From NCBI GenBank assembly GCA_035250975.1, contig DATFEP010000056.1:1-39756 (forward strand): 39,756 nt of DNA. Direction: 5' to 3'. The position numbers were made by a program, and so were the translations under genes. Position 1 is the stretch's first letter, and every line of letters starts with the position of its first letter. The DNA is from Nitrososphaeraceae archaeon (lineage in GTDB: Archaea; Thermoproteota; Nitrososphaeria; Nitrososphaerales; Nitrososphaeraceae). Below the pieces are notes generated by a model. That model was not told the origin of the DNA and did not search any database. It saw nothing but the letters and a program-made list of their open reading frames with translations. This document shows, piece after piece, positions 18,495-28,355 of this stretch.

Positions 18495-19223
18495 ATGGAA
18501 AGAACATTTTTATTTTTTTCTATAGTATTTCTTTCTTTAACCCTATTTGGTATATTGATACCATCTATCATGTCTAGTATCTATGGCGATATGAATAAGA
18601 ATCAAAAACCCCTCACTCAAAACCTTTTGATTGGTATTGAAGATGAGTACTCTGAAAATTATGTAGACAATAACTATTACCAAAATGATGATAGACATTA
18701 TGATGATAGTATTAATGAGCAAGATAGATCCGATTCGATATATCCTATAAATCCCTTGTCATCTAATCTTCCAATGTATCCAATGATTTTTACGTCTAAT
18801 ATGTATCCGTCGCCTTCTATTTACGAACAAGGTAATGGCGATATCGACTCTAGAGGAAAGGCATTCTTTACTTTTCGTCCCAATATAGATACACTTGACT
18901 TTAAAGTATTCTTATACGGTATGAGTTATGTTGAAGGCGATGACGTAGAAATTATTGATATTCATATAGGTAATCAAGGTGAAGATGGACCTTCTGTATT
19001 GTCTTTATGTAATGAGATCAAAGGAAAAAGCCATTGTAGAGAAGGTCCTGGACTATCAGTTGAAGGTTCTTTACGTATTAAAGACCTTAAAGGACCCCTT
19101 AAAAATTCTTCATTTAGCGAGTTAATAGATCTTATTCAAAGTGGATATGCTTATCTAAATGTTCAAAGTCGTGATTATCCAGAAGGAGAAATCAGCGGAC
19201 AAATATTTTATATTCATAATTAA
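18495..19223 (+). CDS. Secreted CHRD-domain protein (divergent)
   Basis: Signal peptide, acidic linker, then IHIGNQGEDGP...DLKGPL...GYAYLNVQSRDYPEGEISGQI (CHRD-like). Confidence 0.8.
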   Translation: MERTFLFFSIVFLSLTLFGILIPSIMSSIYGDMNKNQKPLTQNLLIGIEDEYSENYVDNNYYQNDDRHYDDSINEQDRSDSIYPINPLSSNLPMYPMIFTSNMYPSPSIYEQGNGDIDSRGKAFFTFRPNIDTLDFKVFLYGMSYVEGDDVEIIDIHIGNQGEDGPSVLSLCNEIKGKSHCREGPGLSVEGSLRIKDLKGPLKNSSFSELIDLIQSGYAYLNVQSRDYPEGEISGQIFYIHN

Positions 19224-19497
19224 ATTTTTTAACATACTTTGGCTAATTATTGTTGATTTACCAATAGAATATTGAGCCGTCTAAAACGTTACCTCGCCAA
19301 TAGGGGAAAAAATTATAGATACTCAAAGCTGATTTTAATGTCTCAATTAGTATTGTTTTGAAATAATTAATCATCTATTTTAACCGTATTTGTTCCATTT
19401 AAAATATGAAAATATCATTATAACAAATGAAATTTTAAATATATTTGATTAATAACGAAATGTATAAAAAATCATTCTGAACTTCCAAATTAAGTTA

Positions 19498-20079
19498 ATG
19501 AATAAAAAACTTCTATCTGAAATACCAAAATCCCTCAAATTGGTAGTTGAACTGGGAATGGGAGATGGAAGATTTATCAAAGATTTATCAGAAAAAGAGA
19601 AAGAGAACTATTTTATAGGGATCGAAATTAACACGGAGCGTTTTCAAGAAGCTTCATCCAATATTAAATCAAATAATGTAAAGTTGATTAATAATTCCTT
19701 TGATGAGGTTCTTCCATTGTTCGTGGATAATTCCATCAGTAAAGTTATTTATATTTTGCCAGATCCAAAATTTATAGATAAGAATCATAAACAAAAATGT
19801 AGCAAGTTATATAAAATAATCTACGACAAGTTAGAACATCAAGGTAGTTTTATTCTAATCACAGAAATCACTGATGCATTGTTACAACCTGTATCTGATG
19901 AATTATTTTTTGGAGAAATGATTTGGTTGAAAGAATTTTTTGAATCTATAGGATTCGTTACGATAGACTGTTCCGAAGGGCCTCCTGAACTTTATAACAC
20001 CTATTTCCTCAAACTTTTTAAAGGAGATACGCAACGGATTAGAATTATATACTTTAAATTCGTAAAAACCAGACATTAA
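19498..20079 (+). CDS. Class I SAM-dependent methyltransferase (tRNA m7G46 TrmB-like fold)
   Basis: VVELGMGDG motif I, FIGIEIN motif II, YILPDP motif. Confidence 0.75.
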   Translation: MNKKLLSEIPKSLKLVVELGMGDGRFIKDLSEKEKENYFIGIEINTERFQEASSNIKSNNVKLINNSFDEVLPLFVDNSISKVIYILPDPKFIDKNHKQKCSKLYKIIYDKLEHQGSFILITEITDALLQPVSDELFFGEMIWLKEFFESIGFVTIDCSEGPPELYNTYFLKLFKGDTQRIRIIYFKFVKTRH

Positions 20080-20160
20080 AAAAATCTTCTTACTATGAAT
20101 ATGAGATATAATTATTGGCTATTATTTTCTTTATTTTGATAGATAATCTGGTATTCTTTT

Positions 20161-20745
20161 TTACTTGTTTATTCTAACATGTGCTCTTGCTATCATTTTT
20201 GCTATTCTTATAGGTTCTGGAATTGCTCCCTGAATTAGGAAAGAATTAATAATATTAATTGAATCTTGAATAGTTATTCCCCAATTTCTGATAAATAGAA
20301 ATTTTCCAGTCTTCAACATGATTTTCTTACGTTCTCCTAATTTGTTGTAACTTTCAATCTTTGTTTTATAATTATCCGGAAAATAGTTTTTAATAGATTG
20401 ATCTATACCAAAGGAATCTTTGAATGTGATAGCAATAACCGGTATACTGGTAGTTCTAAAAATCTCCTCTCCGTCAATGAAATTATACATGCTAATTATC
20501 ATACCGTCCAATAAAATAAGATTGATATCATTTCTTTCCAGATTCTTTATCATTGATATGATGCTATCAGTAGCATCATTACCTCCGATAGTAACGTTTC
20601 CAAAAACAACACCATCAACTATTAGATCTTTTCTCATTACAATTCCCGCAATCATGGATGTTGAATTTTCTTTTTTGAAACTTTCAGCAATTGCAAATAC
20701 TCTGATTCCTTTTTTATCTAGATGTAACTTTTTCTCTTTGTTCAT
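20161..20745 (-). CDS. DUF99 family protein (endonuclease V-like)
   Basis: GIVMRKDLIVDG...GGNDAT...ILLDG...PVI...IPEPIRIA signature. Confidence 0.85.
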   Translation of the reverse strand: MNKEKKLHLDKKGIRVFAIAESFKKENSTSMIAGIVMRKDLIVDGVVFGNVTIGGNDATDSIISMIKNLERNDINLILLDGMIISMYNFIDGEEIFRTTSIPVIAITFKDSFGIDQSIKNYFPDNYKTKIESYNKLGERKKIMLKTGKFLFIRNWGITIQDSINIINSFLIQGAIPEPIRIAKMIARAHVRINK

Positions 20746-20816
20746 ATAGAGTCTGTTTTATCATATAATAAGACAACGTCAAGTATTTAATCTGGATTAT
20801 GATTTCTTATGATTAA

Positions 20817-21203
20817 TTGGCAAGTGCTGATAATTTTGCTCTTGAGGAGAGAAAGGCAGAAGAGGCCATAAAATGGATGAATTCATATTCCTTACAACAT
20901 GATAAAAAATTTGAAGCAAAACTTGAAGGCTATTCACTGTCAACAGTAAATTTCGGCAATTTTAAAGTTTTTTCTTGGAAAGGAGATTGGTCATTCGCAA
21001 GAAATCTGATTAAAAAAACTAGCAGTAAACTCAGTATGAAGATTATAGAATCTGGATATCACGAAAAAGATTCTTTTCTTCTGTCCTTGATAGGAATTAA
21101 TAAGGAAATTGCCAAAGTATACAATAAGGGACACGTAATAGGTAATATAATTCTAGACAGAAAATCAGGAAAATGGATTGCGAAAAAAGAGAAATTGACC
21201 TAA
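20817..21203 (+). CDS. Hypothetical protein
   Basis: 128-aa ORF with TTG start, divergent from DUF99; TATA-like TATTTAA about 30 nt upstream. Confidence 0.65.
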   Translation: MASADNFALEERKAEEAIKWMNSYSLQHDKKFEAKLEGYSLSTVNFGNFKVFSWKGDWSFARNLIKKTSSKLSMKIIESGYHEKDSFLLSLIGINKEIAKVYNKGHVIGNIILDRKSGKWIAKKEKLT

Positions 21204-21370
21204 CCTATTAATAGCTTTTATAATTAAAGAATGTTATTCTGATATTGAAAAATTCTTCTAAATTGACAATGAACTACTGAAAAACTGGAACATGTATATA
21301 AATTTCATCCTGATTTAATAAGACTTTTAATGATATAAAATAATGACTTACATAAACATCTGATCTTAAA

Positions 21371-21604
21371 CTAATCTGTCTTGATTTTTAACGTTAAAGT
21401 GTGTCTTATCTTGTCTATTGTTTTTATCTGTCCTGTAACAATTTCCTTTATTTCATCGATAGTTTCTGAATTTATTTTAAGAAGGATGTTATATGGACCT
21501 TCTAGTCTATTGATTACTTGTATCTCTTCTATCTTATCTAATTCCTCAAGTATTTTTTCTTCCTGCCCGTAATCACAAGTAATTAAGACAAATGCCTCCA
21601 CCAT
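21371..21604 (-). CDS. Stand-alone Lrp/AsnC ligand-binding (RAM) domain
   Basis: AFVLITCDYGQEEKILEEL...GPYNILLKI...IRHTLTL; no HTH. Confidence 0.85.
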   Translation of the reverse strand: MVEAFVLITCDYGQEEKILEELDKIEEIQVINRLEGPYNILLKINSETIDEIKEIVTGQIKTIDKIRHTLTLKIKTD

Positions 21605-21610
21605 GAATTG

Positions 21611-21964
21611 TTATGCACTTAATAAACTTATGATATTATTAATAATTTTTCCATGGTCAGCTTTTACCTCGGTTGTAACTAGTAGGAGATGTTCATCTGG
21701 CAGTGGGATAGTTATTCTCTTTATCTTTTCGTATTCTGCCATTGCGTACTTGCCCTTCCCGATTTTTGGTGCTAATGAATTTCTAAGACCCCATCTTGCC
21801 AATGCTTGCAGATTTGATTTCCTCGTTTCTTCGCTGCTTAAAATATTTTCTACGCCTTCTCGCTGACTACCATATTTTATCTCGCCAGATTCGTCGCATA
21901 CACCTGCAAACCTAATGTTGTTGTCCATGTCTAGTATCTTTTTACACAAATTATCAAAATCCAT
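21611..21964 (-). CDS. DUF6659-like thaumarchaeal roadblock/profilin-like protein
   Basis: LCKKILDMDNNIRFAGV...G..REG...IGK..YAMAEYEKIKRITIP; ATG at 21964 preferred; 6 nt upstream of the RAM gene. Confidence 0.75.
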   Translation of the reverse strand: MDFDNLCKKILDMDNNIRFAGVCDESGEIKYGSQREGVENILSSEETRKSNLQALARWGLRNSLAPKIGKGKYAMAEYEKIKRITIPLPDEHLLLVTTEVKADHGKIINNIISLLSA

Positions 21965-22049
21965 ATTTAATATTTTTACTGTTTGGTAATAATAGTTTTT
22001 ACGCTGTTTGTTGCCATTCACTGTAGTTTTAAGGGAGAAAAATTTCTTA

Positions 22050-22289
22050 TCATTTTTTATTAAAACTTACTGAATCTTTTAAAAAGTGTTCTGGAATTTT
22101 TGAAAGCTGTTCAATTTTCCAATGACAACTCCAACAAAATCCACATACTACACATGTAAATTGTGTTCTAGTTTTACATGATTCGCATTCTCTGTATTTT
22201 TGTGAAAGACTATCTCTAAGATATTCATGTCTGAAAAATAAGCTATTTTGACCTTTTTTTATTATCTTGGAGGTGTCCATGTGTTTCAC
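22050..22289 (-). CDS. Small Cys/His zinc-finger protein
   Basis: CESC-x7-CVVCGFCWSCH. Confidence 0.65.
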   Translation of the reverse strand: MKHMDTSKIIKKGQNSLFFRHEYLRDSLSQKYRECESCKTRTQFTCVVCGFCWSCHWKIEQLSKIPEHFLKDSVSFNKK

Positions 22290-22447
22290 CTAATAATATT
22301 ATGTAATATCTAAACTATAACTTTTTTGGAATTATTTTACTGTTAATATTTAAAGTACTATAGTTTATCATAGAAAATATATTTAAACTGAACTAACATG
22401 GATCTTTATAGTAAATATGATAAGCTTTTTTTATAATTTTTACTAAG

Positions 22448-22735
22448 CTATATTTTACTTTTGATGTATTTTAGTAAAATAATTATTGTAATTGCTTTAA
22501 TATTTCCTTCGATCTTGTGACCAATCAAAAATAGTCCTATTGCAGCGATAATAGAAAATATACCAAGAATCATTTTTTGTCCTTCTCCAATTAAATCATC
22601 AGCTATCAAATATAGTCCAATACAATATAGAACTAATCCTATGGCATGCAAAATTATATTTATTGGATTTCTGTGGGTATTCTTGACAGCTTTTACTAGA
22701 TTAAATGACATTTGATCAGCTATCTCGTTGCTCAT
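22448..22735 (-). CDS. Small membrane protein, Mpo1/DUF962-like
   Basis: HRNPINIILHAIG and IGHKIEGN His motifs with 2-3 TM helices. Confidence 0.7.
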   Translation of the reverse strand: MSNEIADQMSFNLVKAVKNTHRNPINIILHAIGLVLYCIGLYLIADDLIGEGQKMILGIFSIIAAIGLFLIGHKIEGNIKAITIIILLKYIKSKI

Positions 22736-22800
22736 TTTTATCTTTTATAGTGTTAAAATATTATATTCTAATAATGACATCTGACTATAACATAGATTAT

Positions 22801-22935
22801 GCAATGGGCCAGATAGTTCTTGGCCCATTGCGACCCATCAGTTTTTTTCCGGTAAGGCTTTTGCACAAGTCAGTACTTACCAGTGTCATTTACAGTCAAA
22901 CTCGCAGTTTGTTCCACTTTCGTTTCTGACTGTAT
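22801..22935 (-). ncRNA. Candidate structured non-coding RNA (three stems, own TATA box)
   Basis: GC-enriched island with stems 22891-22898/22927-22934, 22849-22856/22876-22883 and 22801-22811/22821-22831; CTTATAT on minus strand at 22962-22956. Confidence 0.55.
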
Positions 22936-23222
22936 GATTCTAACACGTGAATCGGATATAAGAAGGTTATTTGCAAAAAATATGTAATAATGTAATAGAA
23001 ATATTGTACATAACAATAATTATGTTTCTTGTTGTTGTTTGTTTATATCTTATTTCTATTTGAAATTTACATTATTTATTTCTTTTTGATCATGTTTCTA
23101 GGATTGGAATCGTAATACGACATAGATACCAATTCGAAAGATAAATTGAATGAGCTTGGTTAGTTTATCCCAATTTATTTTATATAAATTCTCTTTTCCA
23201 CACAGAAACAGATGATATCTTG

Positions 23223-24221
23223 TTATACTCCATTTCTAGCTCCTGTAATAATGACCTTGTGCTCATCGGATGGTATTGATACTTTCATTGTAATAGTTTT
23301 GCCGTCGGTTGAAATCGTCGCTTCTTTATGGGCCTTTCCATCAACACTGATATTTACCTTCTGATTGGGGTTACTTTGTGGAATTTTGAATATGAGATCT
23401 CCCCCTTCTGGGTTATATGGCTTGATTGTAAACATAATACTGTCAGAGGACTTATCATAGATAAAATTACTCACAAGAGATGCGCTTTCAAAATTAAAGG
23501 CAAGGAATTCTCCTCCTAGGTCTAAAGTAGTTATAGGACTGTTTATATCAAGACCAGCACAGCTATAGTAGTAAGCTAAAGATCTTGTAGTAGGTTCAGG
23601 AATAATTTTATAAGGTTTTTCTTCTCCTGGATACAGAATAGGAATTACTGTACTTTTTACAGAATCTAATTGCGTACCATCTTTGGAATGAACCGATGCA
23701 TATATTGCAACATCATTGATAATGGATGACCCAATATTTTTTATGGTTCCTATCAATGCTTTTTCATCTCCCATAGCAATGTTTGAATATTCATGTTTGA
23801 GAGTGGCAAATAATGGCTTATTCACTTCTTTTGTTTCTACAACAAAAACGGATCCTTCAAACAACTCTCCATTTTTTATAGTGAATTTAAAAGGAACTTC
23901 CCTATGTGGATAGAGCACACTAGCAAAGGTTTTGCTCTTCAGTACCTCTTGCTCACTTTGGAAAGGCTTCTTTACATCTACACCTATAGATACCTCTAAT
24001 GGAGTTTTGCCAATATTTGTTAAAGTCCCTACTAAATTCAACTTATCATTTGAATCTTTGAAAATGTTTCTCTCGGATATTGAGACAATATCTTCTGCGT
24101 ACGAATTGGAGATAGATAGAGAAATTAGATAAATAACAATAGTAATAGAGGAAATTAATGCATATCTTAAGGTATTATTCTTGCTCGGATTGTTTTTGCT
24201 TTTGATTTTGCTTTTGCCCAT
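23223..24221 (-). CDS. Secreted FxLYD-like repeat surface protein
   Basis: Signal peptide ending SYA; two VGTLTNIG / IGTIKNIG...LYPGEEKPY units; C-terminal thaumarchaeal beta domain. Confidence 0.75.
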   Translation of the reverse strand: MGKSKIKSKNNPSKNNTLRYALISSITIVIYLISLSISNSYAEDIVSISERNIFKDSNDKLNLVGTLTNIGKTPLEVSIGVDVKKPFQSEQEVLKSKTFASVLYPHREVPFKFTIKNGELFEGSVFVVETKEVNKPLFATLKHEYSNIAMGDEKALIGTIKNIGSSIINDVAIYASVHSKDGTQLDSVKSTVIPILYPGEEKPYKIIPEPTTRSLAYYYSCAGLDINSPITTLDLGGEFLAFNFESASLVSNFIYDKSSDSIMFTIKPYNPEGGDLIFKIPQSNPNQKVNISVDGKAHKEATISTDGKTITMKVSIPSDEHKVIITGARNGV

Positions 24222-24333
24222 ACATTAATTATTATATAATGATCCAGATAAATTCTTTATTTCATAATTAAAAAAAATTTATTGTTTTTTAAAAATTTTA
24301 AATATCTTTCAATTTTTAGAATCGATAATAGAT

Positions 24334-24597
24334 TTAGTCTGTTCCTTTACCCTCATTTTTAGAATCTCCACTTTTATCTTTCTCTTTTGAACCAGAATCT
24401 TTTCCAGAATCTCCACCGCTATTTTCACCTAACATTCTACTAAGAGAACTAAACATGTCCTGATCATCTTCTTCCTCCCCTTCATTATCTGTAGAAATAA
24501 GCCTTACATCCGAGTAAGATTCAGAAATATTAATTGTTCCTAATACTAATATGGATAGGGAAATTATTGATACAAACAGAAGATTTTTTCGTTTCAT
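24334..24597 (-). CDS. Small secreted low-complexity (acidic, G/S/K-rich) protein
   Basis: MKRK plus hydrophobic signal; disordered tail; TTATATAAAA on minus strand upstream. Confidence 0.6.
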   Translation of the reverse strand: MKRKNLLFVSIISLSILVLGTINISESYSDVRLISTDNEGEEEDDQDMFSSLSRMLGENSGGDSGKDSGSKEKDKSGDSKNEGKGTD

Positions 24598-24779
24598 TCT
24601 CTATATCTCTTAGCTATAATATTCATAGATATTCATTTTATATAAGTTCTTACAATAATTTTCAGGTTAAAATCTTATATAATTATTTTTTGTAAAATAT
24701 ACTAGATGATTAAGATCGCAAATAAACTATTATTTTTATACCTCCTAAATTGATTTAATATTACTGGATCTGGATTATC

Positions 24780-26384
24780 ATGAGCTTTAAATTTTTATCA
24801 TTTTCATTTATCATTTTCTTTTCGTCTCTTATTATTTTTCTTCTTTATTTCTCTTTTATTTTTGCACAGACAGATAAAGAATTGACAGGTAGTAATGGAA
24901 AATCTATGTTAATAGTTGGTAGCTATCCTGTAGGTGTTGATATAAATCCATTAACAGGTATGATTTATGTTGCCAATCAATTCTCAAATACTATTTCAGT
25001 AATAGATAGTAAAACAGATAATATTGAAAGCACGATTCTAGTAGATAATTTTCCATATGATCTTGATACCAATCCTTTTAATAATAGAGTATATGTGACC
25101 AATCGAGGATCAGGTACAGTATCTGTAATAGATGGTTCTACAAATCAAAAGCTTTCCGATGTTCAAGTTGGATCATCTCCGGTAGGAATATCTGTAAATC
25201 CATCCAAAAACCTAATTTATGTGACAAACCTCGATTCTAAATCGCTGTCTATTATAGATGGGATAAATAACAATGTAATAAAAACAATAAAGTTGAATCA
25301 TATTCCTTATGGTATAACAGTAAATCCTATAACAAACAAAATATATATTTCTAATATTGATAATTCTACTGTATCTGTAATAGACGGAAAAACAAATCAA
25401 GTTTTAGATAATATCACAGTTGGAATTGTACCTACCGGTTTGTATATAGATTTAAAAACAAACATATTGTATGCCGCAAATTATGTTTCAAATACAATGT
25501 CAATAATCGATGTTCAAACAAATAAATTAAAATCTACAGTCAAAGTTGGTAAATCTCCAGTAGATATTGCAGCAGATTCTATAACAAACAAAATATATGT
25601 TTCCAATCTTGGAGACAATACTGTTTCTGTAATTAATGCAACGACCAGTAAGAAAATAAAAGATATCTCTATGGGGACTAAAATAGCAGAAAATTATGAA
25701 AGTAACGATCCCTCGCTTAATTTGCCTATTGAGGTCGCATTTCCATTAGTAGCTAGTAGATTAGCTGTAAATCCAGATACAAATTTGATATATGTATCGA
25801 ACACAGCTTTCAATGGAATTTCAGTAATCGATAGCAAGTTAGATCAAATTGTAGTACGTTTGTCTGTAAGTGTTAACCCAGAAAATTCAGGAACAGTTGA
25901 ATGTAATAATTACAAATTTCCATCAATTCATTCTATTTTATATCCACATAATACTGAGATAACATGTGTAGCTCATGCATCTAGAGAAAAGTCCTTTGAC
26001 TTTTGGTCTGATTTCGTATCAACTAACAAGAATCCACTTAAAATTAACGTCACAGAAAATAGTCAGTTGACTGCTAATTTCAAAGATTCCATATCAACAG
26101 AGACATATATAGGAATGGTGGCAGGAATAATAGGTTCGACCTCTATTTTTGCTGGATTTTATCATAGAAGAAGGGAAAGAAGAAATCTAAACAGAGTTAT
26201 GAATAGAATAGATTTTACCTACGATGCATTGAAACAAGATAGAGTTGAAGGAGTCAAACAATTAGAAGAGATAAGAGAAGAAATAAATCATTTATTTAAA
26301 CAAGGTAAAATAACTGATTCTCATTATAACATTTTAGAAAAAAAGATCGCTGAGCTTGTAAACAAATTACTTCGAGACGGTTGA
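24780..26384 (+). CDS. YVTN beta-propeller (YncE-like) membrane-anchored protein
   Basis: About 7 repeats of VG..P....NP.TN.IYV.N...NTVSVID, then a B-repeat-like domain (FDFWS...LTANF), a TM helix and a cytoplasmic helical tail. Confidence 0.88.
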   Translation: MSFKFLSFSFIIFFSSLIIFLLYFSFIFAQTDKELTGSNGKSMLIVGSYPVGVDINPLTGMIYVANQFSNTISVIDSKTDNIESTILVDNFPYDLDTNPFNNRVYVTNRGSGTVSVIDGSTNQKLSDVQVGSSPVGISVNPSKNLIYVTNLDSKSLSIIDGINNNVIKTIKLNHIPYGITVNPITNKIYISNIDNSTVSVIDGKTNQVLDNITVGIVPTGLYIDLKTNILYAANYVSNTMSIIDVQTNKLKSTVKVGKSPVDIAADSITNKIYVSNLGDNTVSVINATTSKKIKDISMGTKIAENYESNDPSLNLPIEVAFPLVASRLAVNPDTNLIYVSNTAFNGISVIDSKLDQIVVRLSVSVNPENSGTVECNNYKFPSIHSILYPHNTEITCVAHASREKSFDFWSDFVSTNKNPLKINVTENSQLTANFKDSISTETYIGMVAGIIGSTSIFAGFYHRRRERRNLNRVMNRIDFTYDALKQDRVEGVKQLEEIREEINHLFKQGKITDSHYNILEKKIAELVNKLLRDG

Positions 26385-26511
26385 TGTTAAAAGGATATTT
26401 ATACAATTCAACTATAACGGTGGGCTTCTTTATTCTACCTTGGGCTTATGGATCCATCATTAAAGTAAAAAATTAATATGATGTATCTCTAGTTGTTAAA
26501 TATTGTAATAA

Positions 26512-27171
26512 TTGATTGTGGATAAAATATTTTTAGCTTCGTTTGTATGCTTGCTCTCTTTCGTTTTTCTTTCTATTATTATATATAATGAAACATATAC
26601 AATTTTTACAGGTTTATTAAAAACTGATAATTTTTATTTTCTGCAGTTAAATCAATTCTCTCTTTTCTTACCCTCTTTTGTAGATAACATTATGCTCATG
26701 ATTACATTGTACGGGAGAGAAATTTTTTGGCCAATAATTCTAATTATGTTATTTATTTTTGGTGGTAAAATAGGAAAAAAGACCGCAGTAATTGCTGCAA
26801 TATCCATGATATTGCTGATGCCTTTGGTATCTGTAATTAAAGATGTAATAGACAGACCGAGACCGAATGTATCGGGAGTCGAGACTTTCCCGGTTTCAGC
26901 AGATACATTCTCTTTTCCATCCGGACATGCAACAATTGTTTCAGCTGGATTAGCTACTGTGTCTATCATGTTTCGTGGAAATATGAAAAGAACTATTCTC
27001 CTTGTGGGACTTGCTTTTGAAGCTGCATTGGTCTGTTTTTCAAGAATCTATGTTGGTGTTCATTATCCATTAGATGTGGTGGGAGGAATATTGCTCGGAA
27101 CTGGATCCTCGTTTCTATTAGTTGGGTTAACGCAATCATTTCTATTTAAAACTAAATTTGTAGAAAACTAG
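26512..27171 (+). CDS. PAP2-family membrane phosphatase
   Basis: K-x4-RPRP, FPSGH and SRIYVGVHYPLD catalytic motifs. Confidence 0.92.
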   Translation: MIVDKIFLASFVCLLSFVFLSIIIYNETYTIFTGLLKTDNFYFLQLNQFSLFLPSFVDNIMLMITLYGREIFWPIILIMLFIFGGKIGKKTAVIAAISMILLMPLVSVIKDVIDRPRPNVSGVETFPVSADTFSFPSGHATIVSAGLATVSIMFRGNMKRTILLVGLAFEAALVCFSRIYVGVHYPLDVVGGILLGTGSSFLLVGLTQSFLFKTKFVEN

Positions 27172-27327
27172 GAACATATCCATGTAGAAAAATTGATGTC
27201 ACCGCTATTTTCTGTTTGCTATTAAAATAGTTTATTTTTGCTATCATTTGTGCTTTTTCTTTCTTTAATCAAATGAACTAAAGTATCTGTAGGTTTTATA
27301 GTAGTAGCACTAGATTTAACGTTAACA

Positions 27328-27978
27328 TTAATCCACATTTTTTTCATCAGTATGCAATCTTGGTAGATTCCAATTGAATTTCATAGAAAGTAATCTAAAT
27401 ACTGTAATAATAACTATACAAATCATCATAGAAAAATAATAATTTATTTCGAAAAATAACATAATATAAAAGATGGTGATACCCAAAAAACTTGCAGATG
27501 CATATAATTCTTTTAAGAAAACCAGTGGAATTTCCTTGACAATTATATCTCTAAAAATTCCTCCTCCAATGGCGGTAAAGATTCCAGCAAATGCCATAGC
27601 AATGAAATTCAGACCAGTTATTTCGTAGGCAACACTGGCGCCTATTATACTGAATACACCTAAACCGATAGCATCAAATTTCAAGAATAAATTAAAATTT
27701 TCCTTAAAAAAACGATACAAAAAAAATACGATCAAACCTGTTGAGACGGCGACTAGCAAATAAAATGGATCTACCAAGACCTTTGGGGGAATCCTGTTTA
27801 AAATTACGTCTCTAATTAACCCCCCAGCTAATCCTGTACTGCTTGCTAACATTATTACCCCAACAATATCCATTTTGTATTCAATTGCTTTCAAAGCTCC
27901 TGTTACTGCAAAAGCCATAATACCAAACAGATCAAGAATTTGAAGTACTATTGGAATAGAAAATGTAACATCATCCAA
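27328..27978 (-). CDS. TRIC channel / UPF0126 (YadS-like) membrane protein
   Basis: AFAVTGA, GGLIRD, DAIGLG, GGGIFRD and ELYA duplicated motifs. Confidence 0.9.
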   Translation of the reverse strand: MDDVTFSIPIVLQILDLFGIMAFAVTGALKAIEYKMDIVGVIMLASSTGLAGGLIRDVILNRIPPKVLVDPFYLLVAVSTGLIVFFLYRFFKENFNLFLKFDAIGLGVFSIIGASVAYEITGLNFIAMAFAGIFTAIGGGIFRDIIVKEIPLVFLKELYASASFLGITIFYIMLFFEINYYFSMMICIVIITVFRLLSMKFNWNLPRLHTDEKNVD

Positions 27979-28118
27979 TTAGGATATTTAAAAAGCATTA
28001 AGCATATTAAATATTCTTCAAAAACATGTATATCGCTAGAGTAATAGATGAATATGCAATTACACACTATTTAATATAACTACCAAAAAATTAATAAATA
28101 CATTCTCGAATTATAGTT

Positions 28119-28355
28119 ATGCCAGTATTTTTAGATGTACACACTATGCCTTCTCTAGAAAATGAAAAAGTAGAAGAATTAATAGGTTCCAAGGACGAGT
28201 TTGATGTTACGCCCATTAACATTCTCTTTAATAAGGATGCGGATCTATGCTATTGTCTGCAGGATGCACCCAACAAGGAAGCAGTAGAAAAACATCATTC
28301 CAAATTCAATTTGAAATGTGAGTGGATTACAGAAGTAACTATGGCCAAAAAATAA
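28119..28355 (+). CDS. DUF4242 / SCO4226-like putative nickel-binding protein
   Basis: MPVFLDVH...CYCLQDAPNKEAVEKHH...ITEV. Confidence 0.8.
   Translation: MPVFLDVHTMPSLENEKVEELIGSKDEFDVTPINILFNKDADLCYCLQDAPNKEAVEKHHSKFNLKCEWITEVTMAKK

Noticed and set aside
22705-22929. 74-aa plus-strand ORF and two tiny minus-strand ORFs (16 and 30 aa) over the GC-rich island
   Set aside because: No recognisable motif, and the plus ORF overlaps the Mpo1-like gene; base-pairing pattern and promoter position fit an RNA better. A micropeptide is not excluded.
22801-22935. Hammerhead ribozyme, cobalamin or fluoride riboswitch, or C/D box sRNA identity
   Set aside because: Only fragments match (CUGAUG, ACUGUAA, two CUGA); complete cores and a canonical C box are missing.
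26409-26461. AACTATAACGGT (matches a bacterial 23S rRNA stretch) and a possible minus-strand C/D sRNA
   Set aside because: Short match can arise by chance; boxes are non-canonical (AUGAUGG, UUGA).
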